A stretch of 64,000 bases of DNA from Albugo candida (Eukaryota), in assembly GCA_040437565.1 (NCBI GenBank), contig JBDOQK010000008.1, positions 558,001 to 622,000 on the forward strand, read 5' to 3'. The first letter of the stretch is position 1. Each line of letters starts with the position of its first letter. A model generated the notes under the pieces. It was given only the letters and a program-made list of their open reading frames with translations. It was not told the origin of the DNA and made no database searches. This document shows positions 34,391 through 45,424 of this stretch, in pieces. Position numbers and translations under genes: made by a program.

Positions 34391-35530
34391 TTAATGATTG
34401 TATGCATACTTGTTGCTTCCATAATTCTTCTTGCAGCTCTCTTTGCAATCATCATGACCTCCGTATTGTTCGCGTTTCTTGTATGCACTTTCGTAATAGT
34501 ATGGAGATTCATCATAGCCGTAATCTTTCTTATCTTTTTTGCCATACTTATTGTCATAGTCGTAATCATACTTGTTCTCACAGCCATAACCGTGGTAACT
34601 TCCATATTCTTTCTTCTTTTGGTCGTAGTCATACGAGGCATACTTATCATCATATTTTCCGCTCTTGTCAGCATATCCGTAGCTCCCGTATTTGCTCTTA
34701 TCATCAACACCGTACTTATCATAGCCAGCATAGTAATCCTTCTTGTCATTGTAATTATCATAGCTGTTTCCGTAACCGTATTCACTAGACCATTTCTTCT
34801 TGTCGTCGTCATAACCTTTGCTTCCGTACTTATCATAATCCATCTTTCCGTACTTTCCGTACTTGTCATAATCCATCTTTCCAGAATAATCATAATCCTT
34901 CTTTCCATACTTATCATAATCTTTCTCTCCATATTTGTCGTAGCTCATTTTTCCGTAAGTGTCACCATGATCTTTCTTTCCATAACTGTAGGAATCTTTC
35001 TTATCCTTTTCATCATAATCATTTTTTCCGTAATCGTTGTACTCTTTCTTTTCATGATCATAATCCTTCGACTTATAATCATCCTCCTTTTTGTTTCCGT
35101 GTTCATAGTCCTTTTTTTCGTAATCGTTCTTCTTGTCGTAATCGTTCTTTTTGTCGTAATCGTTCTTCTTGTCATAATCGTTCTTCTTGTCGTAATCGTC
35201 ATTTTTCACGCCATAATCATCATGATCATTTTTTTTATAGTCCCAACTATAATCATCATACTTCTTTTTGTCATGCTCATAGCTTTCATACGGCTTCTTC
35301 TTGTCCTTTTCTTCTTTTTCTGACGACTCACGGTCTTTCCCTTTAGAATTATTCTTATCCACCTCATTTTCGTTCTGTTTTTCATCCTTTTGATTCAATT
35401 TGAGGTCACCCAAAACTCTCTCAACAGCGTCTTCCAAATGACGCGAATTCGACAATCCCATAGTAGATGTTTGTGTAGCATTTAAAGCCACAATGGCTGC
35501 AGGAACAGCAAGTAGGTGGTAGAGCTTCAT
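34391..35530 (-). CDS. Secreted Tyr/Asp/Lys/Gly-rich repetitive protein (379 aa), putative wall or adhesive protein
   Basis: Signal peptide MKLYHLLAVPAAIVALNA, RHLED motif, then KKNDYD and GKxDYDKY repeats; intronless. Confidence 0.8.
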   Translation of the reverse strand: MKLYHLLAVPAAIVALNATQTSTMGLSNSRHLEDAVERVLGDLKLNQKDEKQNENEVDKNNSKGKDRESSEKEEKDKKKPYESYEHDKKKYDDYSWDYKKNDHDDYGVKNDDYDKKNDYDKKNDYDKKNDYDKKNDYEKKDYEHGNKKEDDYKSKDYDHEKKEYNDYGKNDYDEKDKKDSYSYGKKDHGDTYGKMSYDKYGEKDYDKYGKKDYDYSGKMDYDKYGKYGKMDYDKYGSKGYDDDKKKWSSEYGYGNSYDNYNDKKDYYAGYDKYGVDDKSKYGSYGYADKSGKYDDKYASYDYDQKKKEYGSYHGYGCENKYDYDYDNKYGKKDKKDYGYDESPYYYESAYKKREQYGGHDDCKESCKKNYGSNKYAYNH

Positions 35531-35572
35531 ATTCGGTTTTGAACGTTTCGATACCAATAATGATACCTTGAA

Positions 35573-35590
35573 GGAAATTTCAAAGTGAGT
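35573..35590 (-). promoter_or_regulatory. Oomycete INR/FPR-like core promoter element upstream of the YDK-rich gene
   Basis: Minus-strand ACTCACTTTGAAATTTCC about 45-60 nt upstream of ATG 35530; fits the YCAYTY..WTTTNC pattern. Confidence 0.45.
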
Positions 35591-35785
35591 ATGTTTCTTC
35601 ACCACACCGCATTGTTCTTCCCTCAGAAATTCTTCCTCCCGAGAAATTCTCACCTCTAATTCTCTTGTCACTTCATCTAGTCGATGGAAATGGATCACTT
35701 TTTTCCACCAATCCGTTTGTACACAGCAGTCCGGATAGCCAATCAATAAGCAGAACTTCAAGGGAACGAATACGACTAGAAGAAA

Positions 35786-36154
35786 ATGGTGGTTCGCCTG
35801 CGTTTAGCGCGTTGGGGAAGAAAAGATGTCCCGTTCTATCGTATTGTCGCTGCTGATGCTAGAGCACCACGAGATGGGCGACATCTGGAGATTGTGAGTG
35901 AAATTGACTTTTACTATTCGGAACTAATTGAATTCTTTATGTAGGTCGGCACGTTTAATCCAATCGCAGACGCAGCGGGTATCAAAGAACTACGAGTAAA
36001 TCGCGATCGAGTGCACTATTGGATGTCGGTTGGAGCACAGCCTTCTGATCGAGTAGGTTACCTTCTCGGACTCGCAAATGTCTTACCGATGCCACCTACT
36101 CGTCAATATACAAAAAAGTGCATTCCTAAGAAAGATAGAGAAGCCAAAAGTTGA
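35786..36154 (+). CDS. MRPS16: Mitochondrial ribosomal protein bS16m (2 exons, intron 35894-35944, 105 aa)
   Basis: Absent from the ORF track. Spliced translation [42 protein letters not shown]...[16 protein letters not shown] is the S16 signature. Confidence 0.95.
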
Positions 36155-36788
36155 CCGGTCATGTTATCGTAACAAAGGATAGTTTATCTTAGCATTCATA
36201 TAAACTGCCGTCCGCTATTCGCATCAACACTATTTTGCCGCGCGTTTCTTTGGTTTGTTTGCTTGCATACTTCCTCCACCTTTCAACATATGTCCTCCTT
36301 TTCGTACCTGTTGATTGAATGTAGCATTTTGTTCTTCCAACCAAGATCGAATTTCTTTCTGTTTCTCGCGTTTCACTTCGAGTCGTGACTCTTCCTCCTG
36401 CTGTTTCTCACGAGCTAAAAACTCGGCATCACGACGTAATTCGCGTGCTGCTCCTTTTCTTGCTCGTTTCACTTGCCGTTGCAATTGGTTCACTTTTGCC
36501 TTGTCACGATCCAGTGTCTTATCCTTACGAATTGCGTAATTGGCATCATACTTTGGTGTAAAAGTAGGCAAAATAGAGGGTGTGGCTTGCTGCAGTCGTA
36601 AAGGACGGCGTAAGTTCCAGCATTGAAGTGTAACNNNNNNNNNNNNNNNNNNNNNNNNNNNNNNNNNNNNNNNNNNNNNNNNNNNNNNNNNNNNNNNNNN
36701 NNNNNNNNNNNNNNNNNNNNNNNNNNNNNNNNNNAGGATAGTTTATCTTAGCATTCATATAAACTGCCGTCCGCTATTCGCATCAACA

Positions 36789-39700
36789 CTATTTTGCCGC
36801 GCGTTTCTTTGGTTTGTTTGCTTGCATACTTCCTCCACCTTTCAACATATGTCCTCCTTTTCGTACCTGTTGATTGAATGTAGCATTTTGTTCTTCCAAC
36901 CAAGATCGAATTTCTTTCTGTTTCTCGCGTTTCACTTCGAGTCGTGACTCTTCCTCCTGCTGTTTCTCACGAGCTAAAAACTCGGCATCACGACGTAATT
37001 CGCGTGCTGCTCCTTTTCTTGCTCGTTTCACTTGCCGTTGCAATTGGTTCACTTTTGCCTTGTCACGATCCAGTGTCTTATCCTTACGAATTGCGTAATT
37101 GGCATCATACTTTGGTGTAAAAGTAGGCAAAATAGAGGGTGTGGCTTGCTGCAGTCGTAAAGGACGGCGTAAGTTCCAGCATTGAAGTGTAACCTTGGTA
37201 AGTGTAGCCAAAACGGTATTCAGCTCCGGTAAGATTCTCGGTAACAAGTTTGATATCAAGTGTAACTGAAGGTATACAGGATACACAAGTGCGTCGATAG
37301 AAGGAATGTGTCCGTATTGCTGTGTAGCCGATTGGACCAGACGTAGAGTAGACCCGAGAGCAGCGGCTGCCATATTTACATCATTATTAGCTGCTATTGA
37401 CAAGGTTGGTAATGCCGATAAATTCGTTCCAGCCCATTCTATCAATCCGTCACTGAATTGGCTCTTTATTCCTTTTGGACGAAGATATAAACCAAGTATA
37501 CGCTGGAAACACTGGATCACTATATACAATAAAAGATTTCAGTGAATACCAAAGTGGGGCTGGGGCCGTTAACTAACCTTCAGGACAAAATCGTTTCTTT
37601 GTTTTTGTAATTTCCAAAGATATTGCGCATAGCGCTAAAGCTTGTGTCACGTCTTCACTAGAGCGTAGTCTTAACGTACTCAAACATTCTGCGATCAATG
37701 TTTCCAGTGGTGAAATAATATTGTGCCGTAGATCGGAAATCGAAAATATATGTGTCATCAGCCTGAACACCAGCACTTCTGCTGTGCTTGGCCACGATCG
37801 CTTCAATTGGCACTCTTGACTTTCTCCTAATAACCTTTCTTTATACACTTTAGTTACAAACTCGCGAAAGAGTAACCCAGCATTTTGTGGTAACTCTTGC
37901 GCCAGGGTGCACAAGTGTTTACATATTACATCCACCTATGGTACGATGGAAATTCGAGTGAGTATACAAACGGTTGCAAAAGATTAGTATACTTACACTT
38001 TCTCTTTGCCGTGTATACTGCCGACCATAAACGATCAATAATCGAAGCAGTACGCTCATCAAAGTTTTAATCTTTATTTGATTGGCAACACTGAGTTTCG
38101 GTGAGTAAAACTGTAGCAATCGTTCGAGAATCTGCGACTGCCTGCACACGTTTTCTTCGACATCTTCAACTGTATATTTGGCAAATAAATTTTGCAGTTC
38201 GGCGAGTGTTTGCGGACAATCGAATACGTAGGGTAGCTCGTTCTTAGCTTGCGCGCTTGATCGCCCAGACGGCTTTTCTTTACTCGAAACACTGGTGGAT
38301 TCCAACGATTTCTCACTTTTTGTCACATCAGTGTTGAATTCTTCATCCACTTCGCTTTCGGATCCATTCTCTTCAGCTTCTTCACTTTCTGACTTTTCAC
38401 ACACTTCGCTATCCGACCCCTCTTGTTCTGATTCTTCACCATTCGACTCTAAGTCTGCATGGCCATGATCAGTACCACTTTCTACCTCTTCGCCCTCCGA
38501 CACGGTTCCAAATATTCGTCTCTTTTCATAATTGTCTCCCAGATCATCATCAGTCGACGAACGGACATTTTTCGCCGCTTTCTTCTTCTTTTCCTTGCGC
38601 GTGTGACTCTCATCGTCATTATCGATTCCCTTCATTCGCGCAAGTCGCTTCTGTTCCAGTGATTCGAGACGATCTTTTTCCACCTGTGCGATCTCTTCTG
38701 GTTTCAACTTGCGTTCTGTAGCTTGCGCTTTTGCTTCAAAAGCAAACTCGCGCGCCATGACATCAAAATCATCCAATCCTGTCTTTATCGCATTAGAAGG
38801 ATTCTCCATCTGAACGGTGTTTTTGTTTGGGCGATACTTTAATAACGAGCGGATAGAATCGAATCCTCCGTCCAATTCTTCTGTCACATCTTCTTGAATT
38901 TGTTTGTTTCGTTGACGTTCCGCTTTAAACATTTTTNNNNNNNNNNNNNNNNNNNNNNNNNNNNNNNNNNNNNNNNNNNNNNNNNNNNNNNNNNNNNNNN
39001 NNNNNNNNNNNNNNNNNNNNNNNNNNNNNNNNNNNNCGCCATGACATCAAAATCATCCAATCCTGTCTTTATCGCATTAGAAGGATTCTCCATCTGAACG
39101 GTATTTTTGTTTGGGCGATACTTTAATAACGAGCGGATAGAATCGAATCCTCCGTCCAATTCTTCTGTCACATCTTCTTGAATTTGTTTGTTTCGTTGAC
39201 GTTCCGCTTTAAACATTTTTGATTTCACCATCACTTCTTTCATTATTTCTTGATGTGATTTTGGCTTGCTGTCATCTTTCTCCTTATTCGTATGTCCTCC
39301 ACCAAAATGATAGTTCTGTACGATTTCTTTCTCAATTCGCCGGATTTCGTCATCTTTTGAATCGTCGTATTCTTCCCCATTTTGATCATTATCATCATTC
39401 AGACGATTATAATCGTCCTCCAGTTTTGTGTTTTTGTGTGTCAGAAACAATTCATCCTCTTCTTCATCTGACTCTTGTAAATTATACCGGTATGCATCTC
39501 GTAATTTACGTTTTCGCTCCGCTCGAAACCGTGCCATCATCTTTTCCTCCAGTGAGAGCGACTCGTCTTGTTCCCCAATTCGACGATCTTCAAAATCATT
39601 GCCTTTATTGCGGCCACGGTATTGCTTCGCTAACGTATTTTTTCGCTTGGTTTCCGCTTTGGAGCGTGCATTCGCGACATTTCGATTCTGTCCTTTGATT

Positions 39701-39879
39701 TTACGACCGAGGACGGGATACTTTTGCTTTTGTGCGTTACTGTGACGATCAAATGGATTGGTAGTAGTCGTTGAAAAAGCAGATAGATTGCTTTTTCCAT
39801 TGATTGATCCCGTTCTGTCGACTTTCTTTCTCGTTTCCACATTTGCATTCCGAAAAACTACGCGCTTTCGCTTTGGCAT
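36789..39879 (-). CDS. NOP14: Nucleolar protein 14 (SSU processome); the 3' end is also present at 36230-36634 as a gap-flank duplicate
   Basis: NPFD...K..VLGRK, F.DRRIGE...EEKMMARF..ER, KSHQEIMKEVMVKSK, ATERKLKPEE.A, LPYVFDCP, RKGAARELRRDAEFLA. Confidence 0.93.
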
Positions 39880-40134
39880 TGTTGCACCACTCAAAATGCG
39901 TTGCCTTGATACCAGTCGTAAACTGGTATTTCGGTAACACAAGCGCGGGGAAATTAAAAAAAAATCCCGCGCCTTTTTCTGACCCGTCGCCACTTTGATA
40001 CTCAAACTGGTAAAACCGATGTAAGAGATTAAGGAGTTTCCGTCAACAAACTTGTTCTTACAACGATTGGCAGACGTGGCGGTGGCTTCCTTCCACGCGA
40101 TCTTTGACTCAATTGAATCACTTGTTCCAATAGC

Positions 40135-41184
40135 ATGAATTTCCAATCATTCAACCTTCCTACAACATCAAACATTGCGGATAGAAATACCACCATGATC
40201 GATTCTATCTATCCAGATGTCGCAGCTAATGTGGAAAGTACTTATTACAACTCTGTTTGTCCTCTGAGACAAAACGACTTGAATTACAGCAATGCGTTTT
40301 TCAATTTTTTTGGCCCTCGTGGTGAGTACTCCGTCTCTATCATAGAAAACCTCATCTAACACAAACTGAGTAGATTTATGTGCAACACAAGAAAGCGGTG
40401 AGCAATGGCGCACACAAGCCGAAAACGAGCTTGAAAAATTACTTCTTGATGATTGCCTCGCATCCAATCAGGATGGAAAAGTACGACACAATTGGAGTCT
40501 AAAATATATTCCAGGCCGCGGTATTTGCACGTCAACTATCGTCACACTCCAAAACAAGAAAGGAACACAACTTCCCCCGCGATACTATAGCAGTGTTGAG
40601 CAATCACCTCAAAAACGACGCATTCATATTCGGACTATTGGACAGCGCAGTGGATGCTTTACATTTGAATCTCGTATCAGCTTGGGCGAGGGCACTCATA
40701 ATCGCATCCTTAAGCGGAAGCGAGTGTCTGCATGCAAATCACTTTTTGGAAACGATAACACAAAAAACACAAGCACTACAAAAGAGGCAAAGTACAAGGT
40801 GAAAGTAACGCACTGCAGTCCAAACACAATGCCGACGACAAATTTTCAGAGTCCGAATCATTATAAAGTGGTTGAGACAAATATATCGCCGGCCAGAGAA
40901 ATGAAAATATGTCACGGAATAATATATCAACAATCAGTGACAAAATCGAAATTCTTGAAGCGGAATTTTACTTGGAAGAAACTTATCGAGTCGACTGAGT
41001 TGGGAAATTGTGTCGACTTGCCACCTCGCTATTTACACGGTAAACTGAATATATTGGATATTGTAAGGCTTCTTTAACTTAGAAATTGAAATTTGCAGGT
41101 TCAACTCGATCGCCTCAGAAACGACGCATTCACTCTACAACATTTGGTAGTATCAGTCGCTCTTTTTCTTTTCAATCTATATGA
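40135..41184 (+). CDS. Predicted 3-exon orphan protein (312 aa) with two copies of an LPPRY-x5/6-SPQKRRIH motif
   Basis: Exons 40135-40321, 40374-41039 and 41099-41184 (939 nt, in frame). Intron 1 has a GTGAGT donor, CTAAC branch point and TAG acceptor; intron 2 is GTAAAC...TGCAG. Splicing completes the second repeat copy. Confidence 0.65.
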
Positions 41185-42193
41185 CTTTGTAACTTATATC
41201 ATGATCGAGCTGGTGCTAATATTGAAACTTACTGAAACTTAGTTGTATTCTGAATCAGTCATTTTTTGGCTTCACGAGACACACCAAACCTCATCAAGAA
41301 CGAAAGCTTACTGCAAAGAGGGTACAAGTAATTCGGTATGAGTGTGTACGATAATCATGTTCTATAAAAAAACTTGCGTCGTATCATCACTCGGTGGTTT
41401 TTGGCTCCCACGTAATCTACGTTCAGACTACAACATTGTATTAAAGCAAGCAATATGTTTCGAGTACAAAAGCCAGCTGCTTTGTGTATTTGTAACCCTT
41501 TCATATACGTTATGTAAAAGTGGCGCTTCGTTTCTTACTCGAAATGACGTGACATGACTCGCATTCTCAGTATGAACCAATCAGGCTTGGCTAGTGTCTT
41601 TCGCGTAGCCTCTCCCGCAAATGTTTTCAGACAGAGTGCTGATAAAAGCGCTCTGGTGATACATAAATTTTCCACCTGGTTTCCTATACTTTGCTCCTCC
41701 TTTTCTTATTCACTCTCTCNNNNNNNNNNNNNNNNNNNNNNNNNNNNNNNNNNNNNNNNNNNNNNNNNNNNNNNNNNNNNNNNNNNNNNNNNNNNNNNNN
41801 NNNNNNNNNNNNNNNNNNNTAGTGTCTTTCGCGTAGCCTCTCCCGCAAATGTTTTCAGACAGAGTGCTGATAAAAGCGCTCTGGTGATACATAAATTTTC
41901 CACCTGGTTTCCTATACTTTGCTCCTCCTTTTCTTATTCACTCTCTCTCACACTCTATTCCAACATGTGATTGGTTACTATTCGGATCATTTGGATTTTG
42001 TATGCGTTTTCTCTTGCCTTGGTACGGTTCCACAGTATCCAGAATAAAAAAGTTTATTTTATTATAAAACCAAATACCCACCAAGTCATCCCGTGGTTTA
42101 GACACGTATTTTGAGCGCATTACACACTGAGCATTGTGTCTACGTGGAAATAGGAGTTAAAGCTGCACTTGCGCGGAATAAAGTAGATTGGTG

Positions 42194-43333
42194 ATGTCAG
42201 CCGTCTCCAGCATGCATGCATCTGCCGTCGGAAATGTCAAGACGCCGCATACAGCCACAAAATATGGTTACCTTCTGAATTATGACTGGAAGCATCCCTG
42301 GCCTCGCGCTCCCGTTCCAACACATGAAGAAGAACGCCTATCGGAGTTATACCGATACAATATATTAGATTCCGAGTCCGATGAGAAGTTCGACAAATTA
42401 TGTCGAATTGCGTGTAAAGAGATGAAGTGTCCAATTGCTGCGATTAGTTTTATCGATAAACAAAAGCAGTGGTTCAAAGCCAACAGTGGATTAACGCAGA
42501 AACAAATCCCCCGTGATGTGGCATTATGTGCTCACACAATCATGCATCCGAAACGTCCTCTGATTGTTGAGGACACATCAACAGACGAACGTTTTAAGAA
42601 CAATCCACTGGTCACAAGAGCGTCAGCGGTACGATTCTATGCTGGTGTTCCTATCACAACCCCTGCAGGACATTGTATCGGCTCCGTATTCGTATTCGAC
42701 GTTAAAGTGCATCAAAATGTTGACGCCAAGATTTTATTGAAAATTGCTGCCAAGGTTTTAAAATATATGGAAGAGAGAATGAAGATTACCAGCAAGGGAA
42801 ACGCACCTACACAGTCAGAAGCAGAAAGTTCGTTATTAAGATCGGATACGAACCGAGGGAATGAATGCACAACAACAGGACCGACCCAAAATTCACAGGA
42901 ACAGCAACCCGCAGGAGAATCCACTTGGCGGGATCAACAGACCATTCCGCCAGAAACAGTACAGAAACCCGAGACAACACAATCAAGACCTAATACAGCC
43001 ACAGCCACACCCACAGGTTCAGTCGGTGGTGTATCTCCGATCATGCAGGGGAGTACACTAGCTCAAACTGAAAATGCAATCACAGCGACACCTGCTGGTA
43101 CGCTAGAGGTGGGTGCGGGTGGAAATCAAGGTTTGGGAAATATGGGTACGATGCTGATGAATTTACTGGCTCGAACCACCGAAACTCAACAGCAACTCGC
43201 GGCTCAACAAGGTGTGATGTTTGAAACTTTGGGACAGCATTCGCAGCAATTGGACGCTCTCGGACATTCGATGATGAAATTAGAACAGCGATTTGAGCAA
43301 GTACGTTTAAAACAAGCGAGCAAAACCAAGTAA
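42194..43333 (+). CDS. GAF-domain protein with a low-complexity linker and C-terminal coiled coil
   Basis: PVPTHEEERLSELYRYNILD...QWFKA..G...IPRDVALCAHTI...DERFKNNPLV..VRFYAGVPI...IGSVFVFD. Confidence 0.85.
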   Translation: MSAVSSMHASAVGNVKTPHTATKYGYLLNYDWKHPWPRAPVPTHEEERLSELYRYNILDSESDEKFDKLCRIACKEMKCPIAAISFIDKQKQWFKANSGLTQKQIPRDVALCAHTIMHPKRPLIVEDTSTDERFKNNPLVTRASAVRFYAGVPITTPAGHCIGSVFVFDVKVHQNVDAKILLKIAAKVLKYMEERMKITSKGNAPTQSEAESSLLRSDTNRGNECTTTGPTQNSQEQQPAGESTWRDQQTIPPETVQKPETTQSRPNTATATPTGSVGGVSPIMQGSTLAQTENAITATPAGTLEVGAGGNQGLGNMGTMLMNLLARTTETQQQLAAQQGVMFETLGQHSQQLDALGHSMMKLEQRFEQVRLKQASKTK

Positions 43334-43615
43334 TCCGAACGCAACCACTGTTTACAACTTTAAAAATATATACACTGTAGAAATGAACGTAAAGAACGCA
43401 ACTACTCACAGCTGCAAAATTGCGTATGTTTTCATCTCAAAATTCAGCGTCAATACAGTAGCGAGCTGTCAAGGTTGATTTCATTCAATCGGTATTCTTC
43501 TTGTCAGAGAAACACTTGACCTATCACCGTTGATTCTTCACCAATTTATATACCATAAAACCTTTTAACCTGTTAGTGCACCATCTCTCAATTTGCTTGA
43601 CGAGTGAAAGGACAA

Positions 43616-44709
43616 ATGCCCGAATCTGCCTGGGCGCAATGGGGCTCTCGCCCAAACCAGGGAACTATAAAAGACTTACAGGGAACAGTGAGCAGCATGA
43701 TTCGTAATGCTACTAATCCTTCTCCATCGATTTCCGCTGTAAATTCGTCCGATTCCTCCACACCCGTTAGCGCGGTTAGGTCAATACAATCATTTTGGAC
43801 TTCCGTTCAAAATTTAGCCACCGACGCTGTGCAGTCAGAAAACGTAGATAAAGATGGTGAAGACGATGCATTGGTTACTATGGAGAATGGAAGGTTGGAA
43901 CCGGATGTTCGTGACAGTAAGAGAAGGTCATTTTGGCCGCAAACAAATCGCAATGTCAATGGTATGCGATCTGATTGGCTTCCGACGCTGAGCTGGTTTG
44001 CAGTCTTGCATCGTACTTTTGTTTCGATCCTGAAGCATGTGTTGCAGGAATGTGCGATTAAAATGGTTCATAGTGTTGCTTCTCATGAGTGCGTTTTTTT
44101 TCAGTATGGCGCTACTATTCATCCCTTTGGTATGAATCCTTTTGTTTTTCTGCAACATCGACTTTACAATATGTGATTCAGATAATGTTACGACCTTCCA
44201 AGTTTGCGTTAAGTTTTACATTTGGGAGTGTTTGCTGCATGGGGTCGATCGCAATGCTCAAAGGACCCATGGTTTACGTCAACAACTTGCTACAACTTCA
44301 TACATTACTGTTAACGATATTTTATTGGATTACACTAGGTGCGAAGAGTTGCGTATATTATGATTCGTTGCCAAACTCTGAGCTTGTTTGCTCGAGACTA
44401 GGATCGACCTTATACAGTTGCCTTATTCTTGGAAATTATATGCTCGTGCTCATCAGTTCCTTTTTGCAAGTAAGTCGTGTCTGTTGCCGTGCTGGATGGT
44501 ATAATCATTTCAAAATATTATAGATTTTTTCATTAGCAGTCTCTTTGTGTGCAGCACTGCCAAAAGGAAAAGCGTCGTTGAAGGGTACAGAAATATCCTG
44601 ATGTTGATAGTTCAAATGCATGGTTTCACGTCTCCGTGTAGCATTCAGTCGAATCCTGCGAGCTGCTGTCTGGAAGCTGCTCCAAGCATTTAAGCGCGTA
44701 CTTTCATAG
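43616..44709 (+). CDS. SFT2: Got1/Sft2-family vesicle transport protein (multi-exon)
   Basis: LPTLSW|NVRLKWFIVLLL..., LRPSKFALSFTFGS, LKGP..Y, TLYSCL; four TM helices. Confidence 0.82.
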
Positions 44710-45424
44710 AGGAATGATCGTATTATTATTATTGTTAATCTTTGTCGGAATTCAACTCTTGATCAAGATCACCCCAAGCCTATGCACATGATTAGAGCAA
44801 AGCGTCACTATGGTGCCACACAACATCAGCAAGATCAAAACCCCTACCACACGGCTTTGCCCCGTTATCATACTTTGGGATCGCTCCTCAATCTTAGTGT
44901 CTAAATAGCGGATACCGATTGCGAGTGCGATGCAGAGTCCTGTATACCCCGCACTACGTGGTTTGTTGGAATATACATGTTATATTAGTATACGTCTTTA
45001 TTATGGGTGTTGATAACACTCGCCTTTGTCGTGATGTAAGCCCACGGAACGGCAACCACAGCATTTGGCTCAATATAAACAAACAACGTATAATTGTGCT
45101 TAAGAACTAATTAGCTACATATGTGGACAGTACATAGTCGATTAAAGAATACCACCTACTCATCGGTACTCTTAGCGGTGATTTCCTCTTGAAAACAAGG
45201 AAATCGTTTTAAATCCTTCAAGTCATCCAAAGCCTCCAAGGCGCGAATAAANNNNNNNNNNNNNNNNNNNNNNNNNNNNNNNNNNNNNNNNNNNNNNNNN
45301 NNNNNNNNNNNNNNNNNNNNNNNNNNNNNNNNNNNNNNNNNNNNNNNNNNNACAACGTATAATTGTGCTTAAGAACTAATTAGCTACATATGTGGACAGT
45401 ACATAGTCGATTAAAGAATACCAC

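Noticed and set aside
34394..35323. 309-aa extremely hydrophobic ORF (I/V/L/F-rich) on the + strand, plus T/M/R-rich alternative-frame ORFs
   Set aside because: These are shadow frames of the Y/D/K repeat gene; antisense codons of TAT/GAT/AAG give hydrophobic residues and few stops.
35531..35761. 77-aa N-terminal extension of the YDK-rich ORF
   Set aside because: It starts at a non-ATG codon, would mask the signal peptide, and spans the INR/FPR-like promoter shared with S16.
39880..40146. N-terminal extension of the NOP14 ORF
   Set aside because: It starts at a non-ATG codon and overlaps the divergent promoter; MPKRKR at 39879 is the more plausible start.
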